Shown one piece after another: positions 37,247 to 46,768 of a stretch of 64,000 nucleotides of DNA. The notes beneath the pieces are model-generated. The model saw only the letters and a list, made by a program, of their open reading frames with translations. It did no database searches and was not told the origin of the DNA. The stretch is from an uncultured Dehalococcoidia bacterium (GTDB lineage Bacteria; Chloroflexota; Dehalococcoidia; Lucifugimonadales; UBA1123). The translations under genes and the position numbers were made by a program. How positions within the stretch are numbered: position 1 is the first letter of the stretch; the number at the start of each line of letters is the position of its first letter. The DNA lies in contig CATOSI010000001.1 of the NCBI GenBank assembly GCA_951812505.1, positions 750,012-814,011 of the forward strand, read 5' to 3'.

Positions 37247-37738
37247 CTACTGAGTAGCTCCTGGTACCATCGCAGCGCGAGGAAGCAAGGCCGGTTTGAG
37301 TTTCGCCCCCAGTGGAACCGCGTAGAGCAATAAGAAGATGACCAGCGGATCAAGAGATGAGACTTGGCGGAAGAGGAAAGCCTTATCAGGGATTCGGTCA
37401 AAGGCGCCGGCGGCAAGCGCTACGTGAGGTTCGTCCCATAGGATGGGCCCTTGCGTGCTGTTGGGGTGACCGGACAGAGGAACTTGCATAGCCTTTATGA
37501 AGGCGGGAGTCTGCACCCCGGCAGGGGAGCAGGACAGGACAATACATGACACTCGCTCGGGGTTCGCCAAGGCGAATCGCATTCCAGTCCAGCCGCCCAT
37601 AGGCTGGCAAACTATAGCCGCGCGTTCAACCCCGGTCTCGTCCATAACGGCGAGTATATCTTCAGCGAAATGGGACGCCTTCCTGTAACGGGGTTCGCAA
37701 TGAGACCTTCCCCAGCCACGCCAGTCACGAATGGGCAT
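37247..37738 (-). pseudogene. Truncated, probably inactive alpha/beta-hydrolase remnant
   Basis: It starts inside the fold (..DWRGWGRS, which corresponds to the D-x-RG-x-G-x-S region). The nucleophile elbow reads QPMGG instead of G/Q-S-M-G-G, so Ser is replaced by Pro. The N-terminal HG/oxyanion part is missing because smpB ends 4 nt upstream. Confidence 0.5.
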
Positions 37739-37741
37739 ACA

Positions 37742-38209
37742 TCAGTAGCGCCTGGCTCCTATCGCTGCTCGAGCCTCGCGCTCGCGTTCACGCTCGATCA
37801 GCGCGCGTCGCTTGTCGAAGCGTTTCTTGCCGCGCGCGACAGCCAACTCCAGCTTGGCCTTATGGTTCCTGATGTACAACCTTAGCGGCACGAGCGTAAG
37901 GCCGCGCTGGTCAACCTGCTTGGAGAGCTGAAGAATCTCGTCGCTGTGCAGAAGCAACTTCCTGGGCCTCTTTGGTTCGTGGTTGTTCCGGTGGGCAGGG
38001 GCGTACTCGTCAATGTGGAGATTATGCAGCCACATTTCGCCATCCACGGGACGGGCATAGGAGTCGCTGAGGCTCACCTTGCGGTCGCGGACGGACTTAA
38101 TCTCAGTCCCGGTGAGAACCAAGCCGGCCTCGACGGTGTCCACGATTTCGTAGTCGTAGCGCGCCCTTCTATTCGTGGTAATTGTAGAATTGCCCTTACT
38201 GCTCAACAC
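37742..38209 (-). CDS. smpB: SsrA-binding protein
   Basis: 155 aa. Motifs: NRRARYDYEI, GTEIKS and LLLH. Confidence 0.93.
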   Translation of the reverse strand: MLSSKGNSTITTNRRARYDYEIVDTVEAGLVLTGTEIKSVRDRKVSLSDSYARPVDGEMWLHNLHIDEYAPAHRNNHEPKRPRKLLLHSDEILQLSKQVDQRGLTLVPLRLYIRNHKAKLELAVARGKKRFDKRRALIEREREREARAAIGARRY

Positions 38210-38217
38210 TTCACCCT

Positions 38218-39603
38218 CTAAGCTCCACCTGCGGCGCTTCCGCCCACAAGTTCTTCCATCACCTCGATCGCCTTTTCTAGTTGGGACGTATCCGCCTTCT
38301 GCTTGTCTCTGGATGTGACCTCGTGGTCTGGTTCAACACCATTGCCCTCGATGAGTCGTCCGTCAGGCGTGTACCACTTGGCAATTGTCAGGTAGAGTCC
38401 GCCACCATTCGTGAGGCGGCGCAGGATATTGACGCTGCCTTTTCCGAAGGTTGTCGAACCGACCACCGGAGCGCGATCATGATCCTGGATCGCACCCACG
38501 ACGATCTCGGAGGCGCTGGCACTGAATCCGTTAGCAAGAACCACAAGAGGAATGTCGGCGAATTCTCCTCCGTTCCTGGACGTGTGGTTGTCCCGGTCGC
38601 CTTCGCCGTCGAGTTCGTACAGGATGAGGCTGCCGTCCTCAAGGAACATACTGGTTACATCAATGACGCTGCTGAGCAGCCCGCCCGGGTTGTCACGAAC
38701 ATCCAGAATGAGCCCCTCGGCGCCGTTCTTCTGCGCCTCTCTGATGGCCTCGGCCAACTCTTCGGCGGTATTGGCGTAGAAAGTGCTGAGCCTGATATGC
38801 GCGAACCTATCTTCGGGCCGGCTGCGCACGAGAACGCTTTCGAGGGGGATCGTATCGCGCACGACTACGATCTCCACTTCGTCAGCTTGCGTAAGATGCT
38901 TGATGAGAAGACGGACCTCGGAACCCTTCGGGCCCCGGATCTTGTTCACGGCTTCGAGCAGACTCAGGCCGACGATGCTTTCGCCGTCTACTTCCATAAC
39001 CAAGTCTCCGGGCTTCAAGCCGGCCGCCTCGGCAGGGCCCCCCTCGATAGGCGAGACAATCTGGAGTTTGCCGTCGGGCCTCATATCCACCCTGGCACCT
39101 ATACCCTCAAAGGAGCCGTAGAGGTCCTCGTTCTCGACCTCGAACGCTTCGGGCGGCACATATCCCGAATGCGGATCGCCGGTGCCCTGAATCAGGCCCC
39201 TTATCGCAGCTTCATTGAAAGTGTCGGTCTCAAATTCGTTCCGGTCCACGTGCTGCTCGGTGAGAAGGGACCATGCCTCCCAGACAGTGGCAAGCTCCTC
39301 GGGCACGCCCTGCGGAATCTTCAGATCATCCGGGGCCGGTATGGCAGTAGGGAGAACCATCGGATCCTGCGGCTTTGCGGCGGGCAGGGCAGTGGGTTCC
39401 TGCTGCGCCGTCGATGCACCGGCCTGTTCAGCCGGCGCAGGTTGGGAGGCATCCGCAGCGGGAGGCGACGGTTCACCATCATCCTGGCAGGAGCCGAGCG
39501 CAAGAACAGCAATCAGAGAAATGATCGCAATCCAAACGATCGGGCGAGACCTCCACGGAAAACTATGCGTCTTTTCGGGGTAGAGATATGTATTTGAAGG
39601 CAT
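38218..39603 (-). CDS. ctpA: S41-family C-terminal processing peptidase (lipoprotein signal, PDZ domain)
   Basis: 461 aa. The lipobox-like sequence is VLALGSC, the PDZ region contains GLKPGD, and the catalytic region reads LANGFSASASEIVVGA...GSTTFGKG. Confidence 0.9.
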   Translation of the reverse strand: MPSNTYLYPEKTHSFPWRSRPIVWIAIISLIAVLALGSCQDDGEPSPPAADASQPAPAEQAGASTAQQEPTALPAAKPQDPMVLPTAIPAPDDLKIPQGVPEELATVWEAWSLLTEQHVDRNEFETDTFNEAAIRGLIQGTGDPHSGYVPPEAFEVENEDLYGSFEGIGARVDMRPDGKLQIVSPIEGGPAEAAGLKPGDLVMEVDGESIVGLSLLEAVNKIRGPKGSEVRLLIKHLTQADEVEIVVVRDTIPLESVLVRSRPEDRFAHIRLSTFYANTAEELAEAIREAQKNGAEGLILDVRDNPGGLLSSVIDVTSMFLEDGSLILYELDGEGDRDNHTSRNGGEFADIPLVVLANGFSASASEIVVGAIQDHDRAPVVGSTTFGKGSVNILRRLTNGGGLYLTIAKWYTPDGRLIEGNGVEPDHEVTSRDKQKADTSQLEKAIEVMEELVGGSAAGGA

Positions 39604-39894
39604 AAACCTATTTTAGCACCTGGCGTACGTCTAGCATATTCCAGTAAAGAACGTCTGTCGTGAGGCAACTACTCTTAATCGTGGAGAGGGGCGCGTCGTC
39701 GTACCAATAACTACGTCGAAGTTACGAGACGCGGATTGTAACGCCACAACATCAGCACGACATAAGAAAACCGCGGTCCCCGTCCAGGAATTCGATGTCT
39801 TTGCAGAAGACCAAGTTATTCTTTGAAATAGGAACTGAACGGGTGCGGAATATCGCGATTCTTAGGTACTCGCACTTCAAATATCCTCACCCCC

Positions 39895-39920
39895 GGATTG
39901 CCGCCTTCGCGGAACTGACG
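39895..39920. repeat. Degenerate family-1 palindromic repeat
   Basis: ggattgccgccttcgcggaactgacg. Confidence 0.55.
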
Positions 39921-40091
39921 GCAGCGTGATCGGAATTGAGGGTGGCAATACACAAGACTCTCTTTTCAGAAATACATGAAATATGGTAGCATTTTTGTCC
40001 AACAACTTGAAATACAAGCTTGGATCAGTAGCGTAACTTAAATAATGCCGGAAAATATTTTCTGAAATATGCAGTCTGCGGAGGGAAAACC

Positions 40092-41126
40092 ATGGCCAAA
40101 AGGACGAGAATTACCAGGCCATATCCGACCCACTCGTTTCAGGAAACGGTCCCAATTGCCGAGACGATACAGCGAGTGAACGGCGGACTTCCGGTGGAGA
40201 CTGAACTCCTGGCAGAAGCGCTTGGGACATCTGCAAGAAGCAGTTCGTTCATACAGAAACTGAACGCATCCTCTAAATACGGGCTGACCGTCGGATCGTA
40301 CTCGGACGACTTCATCCAGCTTACGGAACTCGGAGAGTCGGTTACGGCCCCGGGCAGCGCAGAGGAGCGAGAGAACTCGATCCTAGAAGCAGTGACCAGG
40401 CCTGAGGTCTTCTGCGAATTCTACCGGATATATGCCGGCAAGAGGATGCCAGAGGACATCTACGCATCAAACACGCTCGTGCGCGAACTGGGAGTACCGA
40501 GAGAGCTGACCGAGGAGTGCCTGGGCATCATCAGGCGCAATGGGCTGGTCGCCGGGATTGTTTCGGACCAGGCGGGAGTCCTAGTCGTGGGAGCAGTCGC
40601 TGATAGCGAAGAAGCCGGATACTACGCGGGAGCGGAAACTAGCCGGGACGTTCGGGACCAGGGCTCGCCTGAGGACAATGAAGGACGCTCAGCGGGCATC
40701 GGTGAGATACTTGTGGTCGGGACAGCGGAAGACTCGATTCGCGTTGAGGTCGTCGGGCTGCTGGGGGGGCTATCGGTTGCGTGCAGGACGGTGAACCTGG
40801 ACGGAACCGAGGGGCGGATTATCTCGCAGGAACTCTCCGAGGCGTTGGGATCGGCGCGCGGGTGCGTACTCGTGTGGCCGCGCGATCCTGGGCCTGACTC
40901 AGAGCGGACGCAGGACCCCTCAATATGGGCAGCGCTTGGGGCGATGTCGTACAGGGTTGGGCAAAGGCTGGTTGTCGTGCTGCGGGACGGAGGCGACACA
41001 TCCACCAATCCGGCGGAAAGCGATCCGGTCACGACGGTGATCCGAGCTGAGCCGGGCGAGAGCGTCTATCCAAAGCTGATGGGCGCGCTGGTGCAGTCCG
41101 GGATCGTCAGGATTTCAGTGGGTTGA
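40092..41126 (+). CDS. Hypothetical protein: N-terminal winged-helix-like repeats and a C-terminal domain with a TIR-like/CAP12-like flavodoxin-fold pattern (tentative)
   Basis: 344-aa ORF with a GGAGGGAAAACC RBS. It is flanked by 488 nt and 262 nt of AT-rich non-coding DNA. The C-terminal pattern is ILVVGTAED..VEVVGLLGGL...GCVLVWPRD...LGAMSYRVGQRLVVVL. Confidence 0.55.
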   Translation: MAKRTRITRPYPTHSFQETVPIAETIQRVNGGLPVETELLAEALGTSARSSSFIQKLNASSKYGLTVGSYSDDFIQLTELGESVTAPGSAEERENSILEAVTRPEVFCEFYRIYAGKRMPEDIYASNTLVRELGVPRELTEECLGIIRRNGLVAGIVSDQAGVLVVGAVADSEEAGYYAGAETSRDVRDQGSPEDNEGRSAGIGEILVVGTAEDSIRVEVVGLLGGLSVACRTVNLDGTEGRIISQELSEALGSARGCVLVWPRDPGPDSERTQDPSIWAALGAMSYRVGQRLVVVLRDGGDTSTNPAESDPVTTVIRAEPGESVYPKLMGALVQSGIVRISVG

Positions 41127-41388
41127 TATATACCAAGGTCGGCGCGGTCCGGGATCAGATAAACGTGGCGCATAATTAGTTATGTCGAGTAGAAGCGACA
41201 TAGCCTTTGAATCCAACTATACTACTTTACATAACATTTATAGTGCGAACCAACGATTGAGGACATTGGCACTACCCTTTCATCTGGTTGGCCGGTCTTC
41301 AACACATCTCATCGGTACCTTTTCGGTTCCGATATTATGTCTCGAACTCCTAATGGCCACCGTGGACCATCCATACTGTAACAGGCTC

Positions 41389-42606
41389 TCATGCTCTGGA
41401 CGGCGCAAGGAAGGCGTCGGAGTGGACGGCACCATCGAGGGCGAGCCGGGACTCGATCTTCTTAAGCAGGTCGTCTATTCCCTCTCCCTTTAGCGCTGAG
41501 ATCAGAACAGCATCCGCCGGGCCGGATGCGATGTCCGGGAGATTGTCCATGTGCCCGTTGGCGGACTGCGTCAGCAGATCAGCCTTGTTGAGGGCCATAA
41601 CGGTCGGAACGCCGTTCATGCCCATATCGTCCAGGATGGACTCGACCACGGTGACCTGCTCGGGGGCGTTGCGGTGCGTAACGTCAACGACGTGAAGCAC
41701 GAGCGTGGACTCGGATATTTCTTCCAGCGTCGCGCGGAATGCGGCAATCAGCGACGTAGGCAGCTTGTGGATGAACCCGACCGTATCGGTGAGCAGTACC
41801 GGGTTTCCCGAAGGAAGTTGAATTCTGCGAGTAACAGGGTCGAGAGTCGAAAACATCAGGTTTTCCGCTCGGACGCCCGCCCTAGTCATGCGGTTCAGCA
41901 GCGTGCTCTTGCCCGCGTTGGTGTATCCGACCAGTGAGACGACAGGAATTCCGTTGCTTGTTCTCTTAGAGCGATGCAGCCGCCGGTGGCGGCGCACATT
42001 CTCCAGATCTTTCTTGAGTTTCTGGATGCCGCCGCGCACGAGTCGCCTGTCTGTCTCTATCTGAGTTTCGCCGGGGCCCCTGGTGCCGATTCCGCCGCCG
42101 GCACCACCACCAGCGCCACCTCGGAGCCTGTCCAGGTGGGACCACTGTCCTGCGAGGCGCGGGAGAAGGTACTCCTGCTGGGCGAGTTCGACCTGAAGCC
42201 GACCCTCGCGCGTTCGAGCCCTGGAAGCGAATACATCCAGGATTAGCGCGGTGCGGTCTATCACCTTGCGTTCGGCATGGCCGCCGCTGTAGGCGAGCGC
42301 GTTTTCGAGATTGCGCTGCTGGGTGGGCGTGAGCTCGTCGTCGCATATTACGGTGTCAACGTCCAACTCTTCGCAGAGGCGCTTAATCTCCTCGAGCTTT
42401 CCCTTGCCGACATACTCCTGGGTGGGCTTGGGAACACGCTGTGAGACACGGTCGAGCACCTTCGCGCCAGCGGTCCGGGCAAGCTCCGCGAGTTCGTCGA
42501 GCGAGTCCTGGGGATTCCAGAGCAAGCGCCCACGCTTGGGAGTCGAGCTCACCAGTATGGCGCGCTCCTGCTTGGGCCTGGTAGTCTTCATTTTCCTTCT
42601 TGCCAT
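41389..42606 (-). CDS. hflX: GTPase HflX
   Basis: It has the HflX N-domain, G1 (GYTNAGKST), G3 (DTVG) and G4 (NKAD). I prefer the start MARRKMK at 42606. The 27 extra N-terminal residues of the track ORF (..[11 protein letters not shown]..) are a translation of the repeat element at 42634-42659. Confidence 0.9.
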   Translation of the reverse strand: MARRKMKTTRPKQERAILVSSTPKRGRLLWNPQDSLDELAELARTAGAKVLDRVSQRVPKPTQEYVGKGKLEEIKRLCEELDVDTVICDDELTPTQQRNLENALAYSGGHAERKVIDRTALILDVFASRARTREGRLQVELAQQEYLLPRLAGQWSHLDRLRGGAGGGAGGGIGTRGPGETQIETDRRLVRGGIQKLKKDLENVRRHRRLHRSKRTSNGIPVVSLVGYTNAGKSTLLNRMTRAGVRAENLMFSTLDPVTRRIQLPSGNPVLLTDTVGFIHKLPTSLIAAFRATLEEISESTLVLHVVDVTHRNAPEQVTVVESILDDMGMNGVPTVMALNKADLLTQSANGHMDNLPDIASGPADAVLISALKGEGIDDLLKKIESRLALDGAVHSDAFLAPSRA

Positions 42607-42633
42607 GTAATCTCCTACCCTCCACACCCCGCT

Positions 42634-42659
42634 GGATTCCCGCTTTCGCGGGAATGATG
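42634..42659. repeat. Family-1 palindromic repeat
   Basis: ggattcccgctttcgcgggaatgatg. Confidence 0.8.
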
Positions 42660-42699
42660 AATGGCGGTTGGAGTGTGTCATCTTCATATGGATATGGTA

Positions 42700-43866
42700 C
42701 TAGCGGGAGCCCGTATAGGTGGCGAGCCTCCTCAGTCCCTCTTCAAGAAGATCATCCTGTATGGTGAGCGAGAAGCGAATATAGCCCTCGCCGTAATCTC
42801 CGTAGCTCGCGCCGGGTGTAACAACTATATCGCAATTTTCGAGCAACTGCTCGGCGAACTCGCCGCTGGTGAATCCTTCCGGCACTCTTGCCCAAACGTA
42901 CAGGCTCGCCTTTGGCGGATCAACCTCAAGGCCGATTTCGTCAAGAACCGCGAGAACCTTATCGCGGCGTCGCTGGTAAACGGCGTTTCGCTCGTCAATC
43001 CAGTCGTCGGTGGTGTTCAGGGCCTCGATGCCCATGTGCTGTATCGCCTGGGGGACGCCGGAGTCCAGATTCGACTTCACAATGAGCAGAGCGTTAATCA
43101 TATCGGCATTTCCGACGGCCATTCCCAGACGCCAGCCGGTCATATTGTAGGTCTTGGACAGAGAATGGAACTCCATTCCAACGTCCATGGCGCCCGGAGT
43201 CTCAAGGAATGACGGGTGCCGATAGCCGTCGAACGTGACGTCGGTATAGCAGGCGTCGTGCATAACGGCCAAGTCGTAGGACCTTGCGAATTCGACCACC
43301 TTCTCGAAGTAGTCGGGGCTGGCTATCGCGCCAGTAGGATTATTGGGATAGTTGAGCCACATGACTTTCGCCGCTCGCGCCACGTCTTCAGGAATATCCT
43401 CAAGTACGGGAAGCCAGCCGTTCTCTTCCTTGAGCGGCATCCAGTGGCACTCGCCACCAGCGAACCAGGTTCCCACCGAGTACACGGGGTAGCCGGGGTC
43501 AGGCACGAGGGCGATGTCGCCGGGCTCGATGACGCAGAGCGCGGCGTGTCCGATACCCTCCTTCGCTCCAATCAGCGAAATAACCTCAGTTTCAGGGTCG
43601 AGTGAAATGCCGAATCTTCGCTGATACCAGTCGGCAGTCGCCTTTCGGAACTCAGGCAGGCCCTCCGATTCGGGGTAGCGGTGGTTTGGCAGGTCGCCGG
43701 CGGTGTCGCGCAGGACGTCAACCACCGGCGCGGGCGTTTCGAGGTCAGGGTCTCCTATGCCGAAGGAGATTACCTCGATGCCCTCGGCGCGCTTTCGGGC
43801 GATCTTGCGGCTGATTTCGACGAACAGGTACGGTGGTATCTTCTCGACTCGGCTGGCGAAATTCAT
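42700..43866 (-). CDS. dapL: LL-diaminopimelate aminotransferase (DapL-type class I aminotransferase)
   Basis: 388 aa. Motifs: KIPPYLFVEISRKI, GIGDPDLETP, NYPNNPTG and SLSKTYNMTGWR (the PLP Lys). It lies close to dapF. Confidence 0.8.
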   Translation of the reverse strand: MNFASRVEKIPPYLFVEISRKIARKRAEGIEVISFGIGDPDLETPAPVVDVLRDTAGDLPNHRYPESEGLPEFRKATADWYQRRFGISLDPETEVISLIGAKEGIGHAALCVIEPGDIALVPDPGYPVYSVGTWFAGGECHWMPLKEENGWLPVLEDIPEDVARAAKVMWLNYPNNPTGAIASPDYFEKVVEFARSYDLAVMHDACYTDVTFDGYRHPSFLETPGAMDVGMEFHSLSKTYNMTGWRLGMAVGNADMINALLIVKSNLDSGVPQAIQHMGIEALNTTDDWIDERNAVYQRRRDKVLAVLDEIGLEVDPPKASLYVWARVPEGFTSGEFAEQLLENCDIVVTPGASYGDYGEGYIRFSLTIQDDLLEEGLRRLATYTGSR

Positions 43867-44014
43867 GTGAATCTCCGATTCAGTTTTTAGTTCTTAGTTT
43901 TCAGTGGTTGGGTAGGTATCTTAGCATGGCGCGGTGCGGTGTGAAACTTGCCACATGGACTGCGTAGGAGGATTGTAAAGTCGACACTATCCAGGATTCG
44001 ATCGCACCTCCCCC

Positions 44015-44041
44015 TGAATTCCCGCCTTCGCGGGAATGACG
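44015..44041. repeat. Family-1 palindromic repeat
   Basis: tgaattcccgccttcgcgggaatgacg. Confidence 0.8.
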
Positions 44042-44347
44042 AAAGCGTGTCTATAAGCGAAGAACTGCAACTTTGCAATCGTCCTGTGGATTGGGCGCGT
44101 TCATATATCCCGACTTATGTCGCACTGGCGCAGCGCAGATGGACGCAACAGGTGGCGACAGGGTTTGCGCTGGTGAGTTTTCCGACCTGCGTTCGCCCAG
44201 AGTTCACCTGCGTTTAGCTTTGCGACAGGCGCTCTTGCCATCGGGTTGATCACCATTATAAATTTTCCTTTATGGAGTTGAGTCATCAGTATCCAGTTGT
44301 CAAGGGACAGCGCCGCATCTCGCCCTCTGGATTGCCGAGCGGCGAGC

Positions 44348-44372
44348 GATTCCCTCGAAGGAGGGAACGACG
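44348..44372. repeat. Variant palindromic repeat (TCCCTC-GAAG-GAGGGA stem)
   Basis: gattccctcgaaggagggaacgacg, preceded by a CTCGCC...GGCGAG hairpin. Confidence 0.5.
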
Positions 44373-44407
44373 ATAGCTATGCAAATATCTCCTCGGGTGA
44401 GTTTCTG

Positions 44408-44437
44408 TTGACGCAACCTATTGATATTCTCTATGAT
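44408..44437 (+). promoter_or_regulatory. Sigma70-like promoter candidate for the 134-aa ORF
   Basis: TTGACG (44408-44413), an 18-nt spacer, then TATGAT (44432-44437). This lies 60 nt upstream of the ATG at 44497. A GGGAGGAA RBS lies just upstream of the ATG at 44497. Confidence 0.4.
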
Positions 44438-44496
44438 AGCAAAGAGAACTTACATTCGCAAAGATGAATTCAGAATAGGAAGGGAGGAACGGCTAA

Positions 44497-44901
44497 ATGG
44501 TAGAGCAAAAACATCTGTCGGAGGGACTCGTAGAGAAAGTTCCGTGTCCGGCGACGAAGCGGAATGGAGAGGTGTGCGGGTCAAGACGGATTACGGCTTC
44601 GGGACACTGCTTCGCTCACCACCCTGAGGCGGCTAAGTGGCGGGCGATGGGAGGGAGCGCGACATCCAGCAGAAGACGCATGGCGAAGCGGATGGAAGAC
44701 GCAGGGGTGGCCCACCTGTTCAATATGCTGGAGGAGGATTTCTACAAGCTCAGCGAGAATATAACCCCCGCCAACGTCCGGACGATGGCGAAGCTGTCGG
44801 AGGTCATGCTGAAGATAGTCAAGTTCACGGAGAAATACGGGAATGACTCGGATTTCATGGATGTGGGGTGGGAAGATCCCGAAGAGTGGACACCGAACTA
44901 G
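44497..44901 (+). CDS. Hypothetical protein with an N-terminal Cys/His zinc-ribbon-like motif
   Basis: 134 aa. The metal-binding-like stretch is CPATKRNGEVCGSRRITASGHCFAHH. It has a strong RBS and lies on the opposite strand to the flanking dapL and dapF. Confidence 0.6.
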   Translation: MVEQKHLSEGLVEKVPCPATKRNGEVCGSRRITASGHCFAHHPEAAKWRAMGGSATSSRRRMAKRMEDAGVAHLFNMLEEDFYKLSENITPANVRTMAKLSEVMLKIVKFTEKYGNDSDFMDVGWEDPEEWTPN

Positions 44902-44907
44902 TGTGGG

Positions 44908-45750
44908 TCAGTAGGGCCAGTCGCCCTCAAAGACGCGGGCGACCGGGCCCTCCATGACGACCTCTCCCCGACCCGGCCATGAAACGCGCAACTCCCCGCC
45001 CGGAAGCTCCACCGTAACGTCGTCGTCAACCAGGTCGTGCAGCTTCGCGGCTACGACGGCGGCGCAGGCACCGGTCCCACAGGCGAGCGTGATGCCGGAA
45101 CCTCTCTCCCATACGCGCACCTTGATGCGGTCGCGGTCCAACACGTTCACTATCTCGTAGTTGACGCGCTCGGGGAAGAAGGGGTGATGCTCGACCATGG
45201 GGCCGATACGGGTCAGCTCGTAGTCGTCAACCGGATCGTTCATGAAGACGACGGCATGGGGATTGCCCATCGAGACGCAGTTGACCAGAATCTCGGACCC
45301 GTTGACGTTCAGCGGGTAGTCGAGCGCGAGATCCATTTCGTCGGGGGCGGCCACGGGGACCAGGGAGGGCTTCAGTATGGGTTCTCCCATGCTGACGGAC
45401 GCGCCGGTCATCACGCCGGCGTCCCAGCTGGGCCTCACAGCCAGTACACCGGCGCCCGTCTCGATTTCAAACGAGTCCGATCTGATATTCAGCGCAGAAC
45501 TATCTATACCAAAACGCACAAAGCACCGGATTCCGTTGCCGCACATCTGGCCCTCTGAGCCGTCGGCGTTGAACATTTGCATCCTGGCGTCGGCTATATC
45601 GGATTCGCGCAGGAGAATGAGGCCGTCCGAGCCAATGCCGAAGTGCCTGTCGCTGACCTGTCTGGCCACTTCGGGCCAGTCCCTACTCTGGTCGCGGGCG
45701 TCAACATATATGTAGTCGTTACCCGCACCGTGCAACTTTACGAATCTCAT
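44908..45750 (-). CDS. dapF: Diaminopimelate epimerase
   Basis: 280 aa. It begins MRFVKLHGAGNDYIYVD and carries the catalytic Cys motifs QMCGNGIRC and LACGTGACA. Confidence 0.92.
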   Translation of the reverse strand: MRFVKLHGAGNDYIYVDARDQSRDWPEVARQVSDRHFGIGSDGLILLRESDIADARMQMFNADGSEGQMCGNGIRCFVRFGIDSSALNIRSDSFEIETGAGVLAVRPSWDAGVMTGASVSMGEPILKPSLVPVAAPDEMDLALDYPLNVNGSEILVNCVSMGNPHAVVFMNDPVDDYELTRIGPMVEHHPFFPERVNYEIVNVLDRDRIKVRVWERGSGITLACGTGACAAVVAAKLHDLVDDDVTVELPGGELRVSWPGRGEVVMEGPVARVFEGDWPY

Positions 45751-45778
45751 GGGAATCTCCCGATTCAGTTATCAGTCG

Positions 45779-46708
45779 TTAGTTTTCAGTTATCAGTTTG
45801 ACGGCGTATTCTATGGCTGAGTCCAGCTGGGTTGGCTTGAACCAGTGGATACGCGGATCGTCGCTCCGAAACCAGTTTAGCTGCTGCCTGATGTAACGGT
45901 GTGTCCTGTACTTCGTCCTCTGTATCGCATCGGACAGATCTGCGCCGTCGAGCAGATGCTCTGCGAGTTCATGATAGCCGATTCCAGACATCGAAGACAG
46001 GTCCGGGTGGTAGCCCATAGCGATCAGACGCTCGACCTCATCAAGGAAACCCGCGTCCATCATTCTGTCCACACGGTCATCCGCGCGGTCGTAGAGCGCG
46101 GCTCTCTCCATCCCCAAGCCGATTGCGGCAAACTCGAACCAAGGCTCCAACCTCCTGGGAATATCCTGCGTTGAACCGCTGGCGGCGGCGACCTCAATAG
46201 CGCGGATAACGCGGCGCGGATTGGCTACGTCAACACGTTCAAGGGAGTCGGGATCGAGACTTCGCAGGCGGGACAGCAGGCCGTCAATCCCCTGCGATTC
46301 GAGCAAATCGTCCAGTTCGCAGCGCAGGACAGGATCGGGCGGAACGAGGGGGACGTTCCAGTTTTCGATAAGAGCCGTCACGTACTGGCCGGTTCCTCCA
46401 ACCAAGAGAGGACACTTCGCAGCAATGTTTGTGTTTAGGATTACCTTTTTTGACAAGTCTAAGAACATTCCAAGGCTGAAATCGTCGTCGGGGTCAATTA
46501 TGTTGACCAGGTGATGGGGAACGGTGGCGAGCTGGGCCTGGGTTGGCTTGGCGGTACCGATGTCCATGTGGCGGTACACCTGCCTGCTGTCCGCGCCCAC
46601 TATCTCGACATCAACATGGGCCGCGATTTTCATGGCCAACTCGGTCTTGCCGACGGCAGTCGGGCCGACGATGGCGAGAAGACGGGGGCAGACACGGTTT
46701 TCAGTCAT
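45779..46708 (-). CDS. miaA: tRNA dimethylallyltransferase
   Basis: 309 aa with the P-loop GPTAVGKT and the motifs VGADSRQVYRHMDIGTAKP and HHL. Confidence 0.92.
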   Translation of the reverse strand: MTENRVCPRLLAIVGPTAVGKTELAMKIAAHVDVEIVGADSRQVYRHMDIGTAKPTQAQLATVPHHLVNIIDPDDDFSLGMFLDLSKKVILNTNIAAKCPLLVGGTGQYVTALIENWNVPLVPPDPVLRCELDDLLESQGIDGLLSRLRSLDPDSLERVDVANPRRVIRAIEVAAASGSTQDIPRRLEPWFEFAAIGLGMERAALYDRADDRVDRMMDAGFLDEVERLIAMGYHPDLSSMSGIGYHELAEHLLDGADLSDAIQRTKYRTHRYIRQQLNWFRSDDPRIHWFKPTQLDSAIEYAVKLITEN

Positions 46709-46768
46709 CGGATTTCAGTAGTCAGAATCGTGGGCGGGACTTTGGGTAACTCCTGCGGGTTGTCTTCC

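Noticed and set aside
37116-39700. tmRNA (ssrA) expected near smpB.
   Set aside because: I found no tRNA-like acceptor/T-arm (GGTTCGAAT-type) sequence or tag-reading-frame structure in the short spacers flanking smpB and ctp. ssrA is probably elsewhere.
41127-41388. AT-rich 262-nt convergent spacer, considered as a possible ncRNA or terminator.
   Set aside because: I saw no convincing stem-loop with a U-tract and no conserved RNA motif. It is left unannotated.
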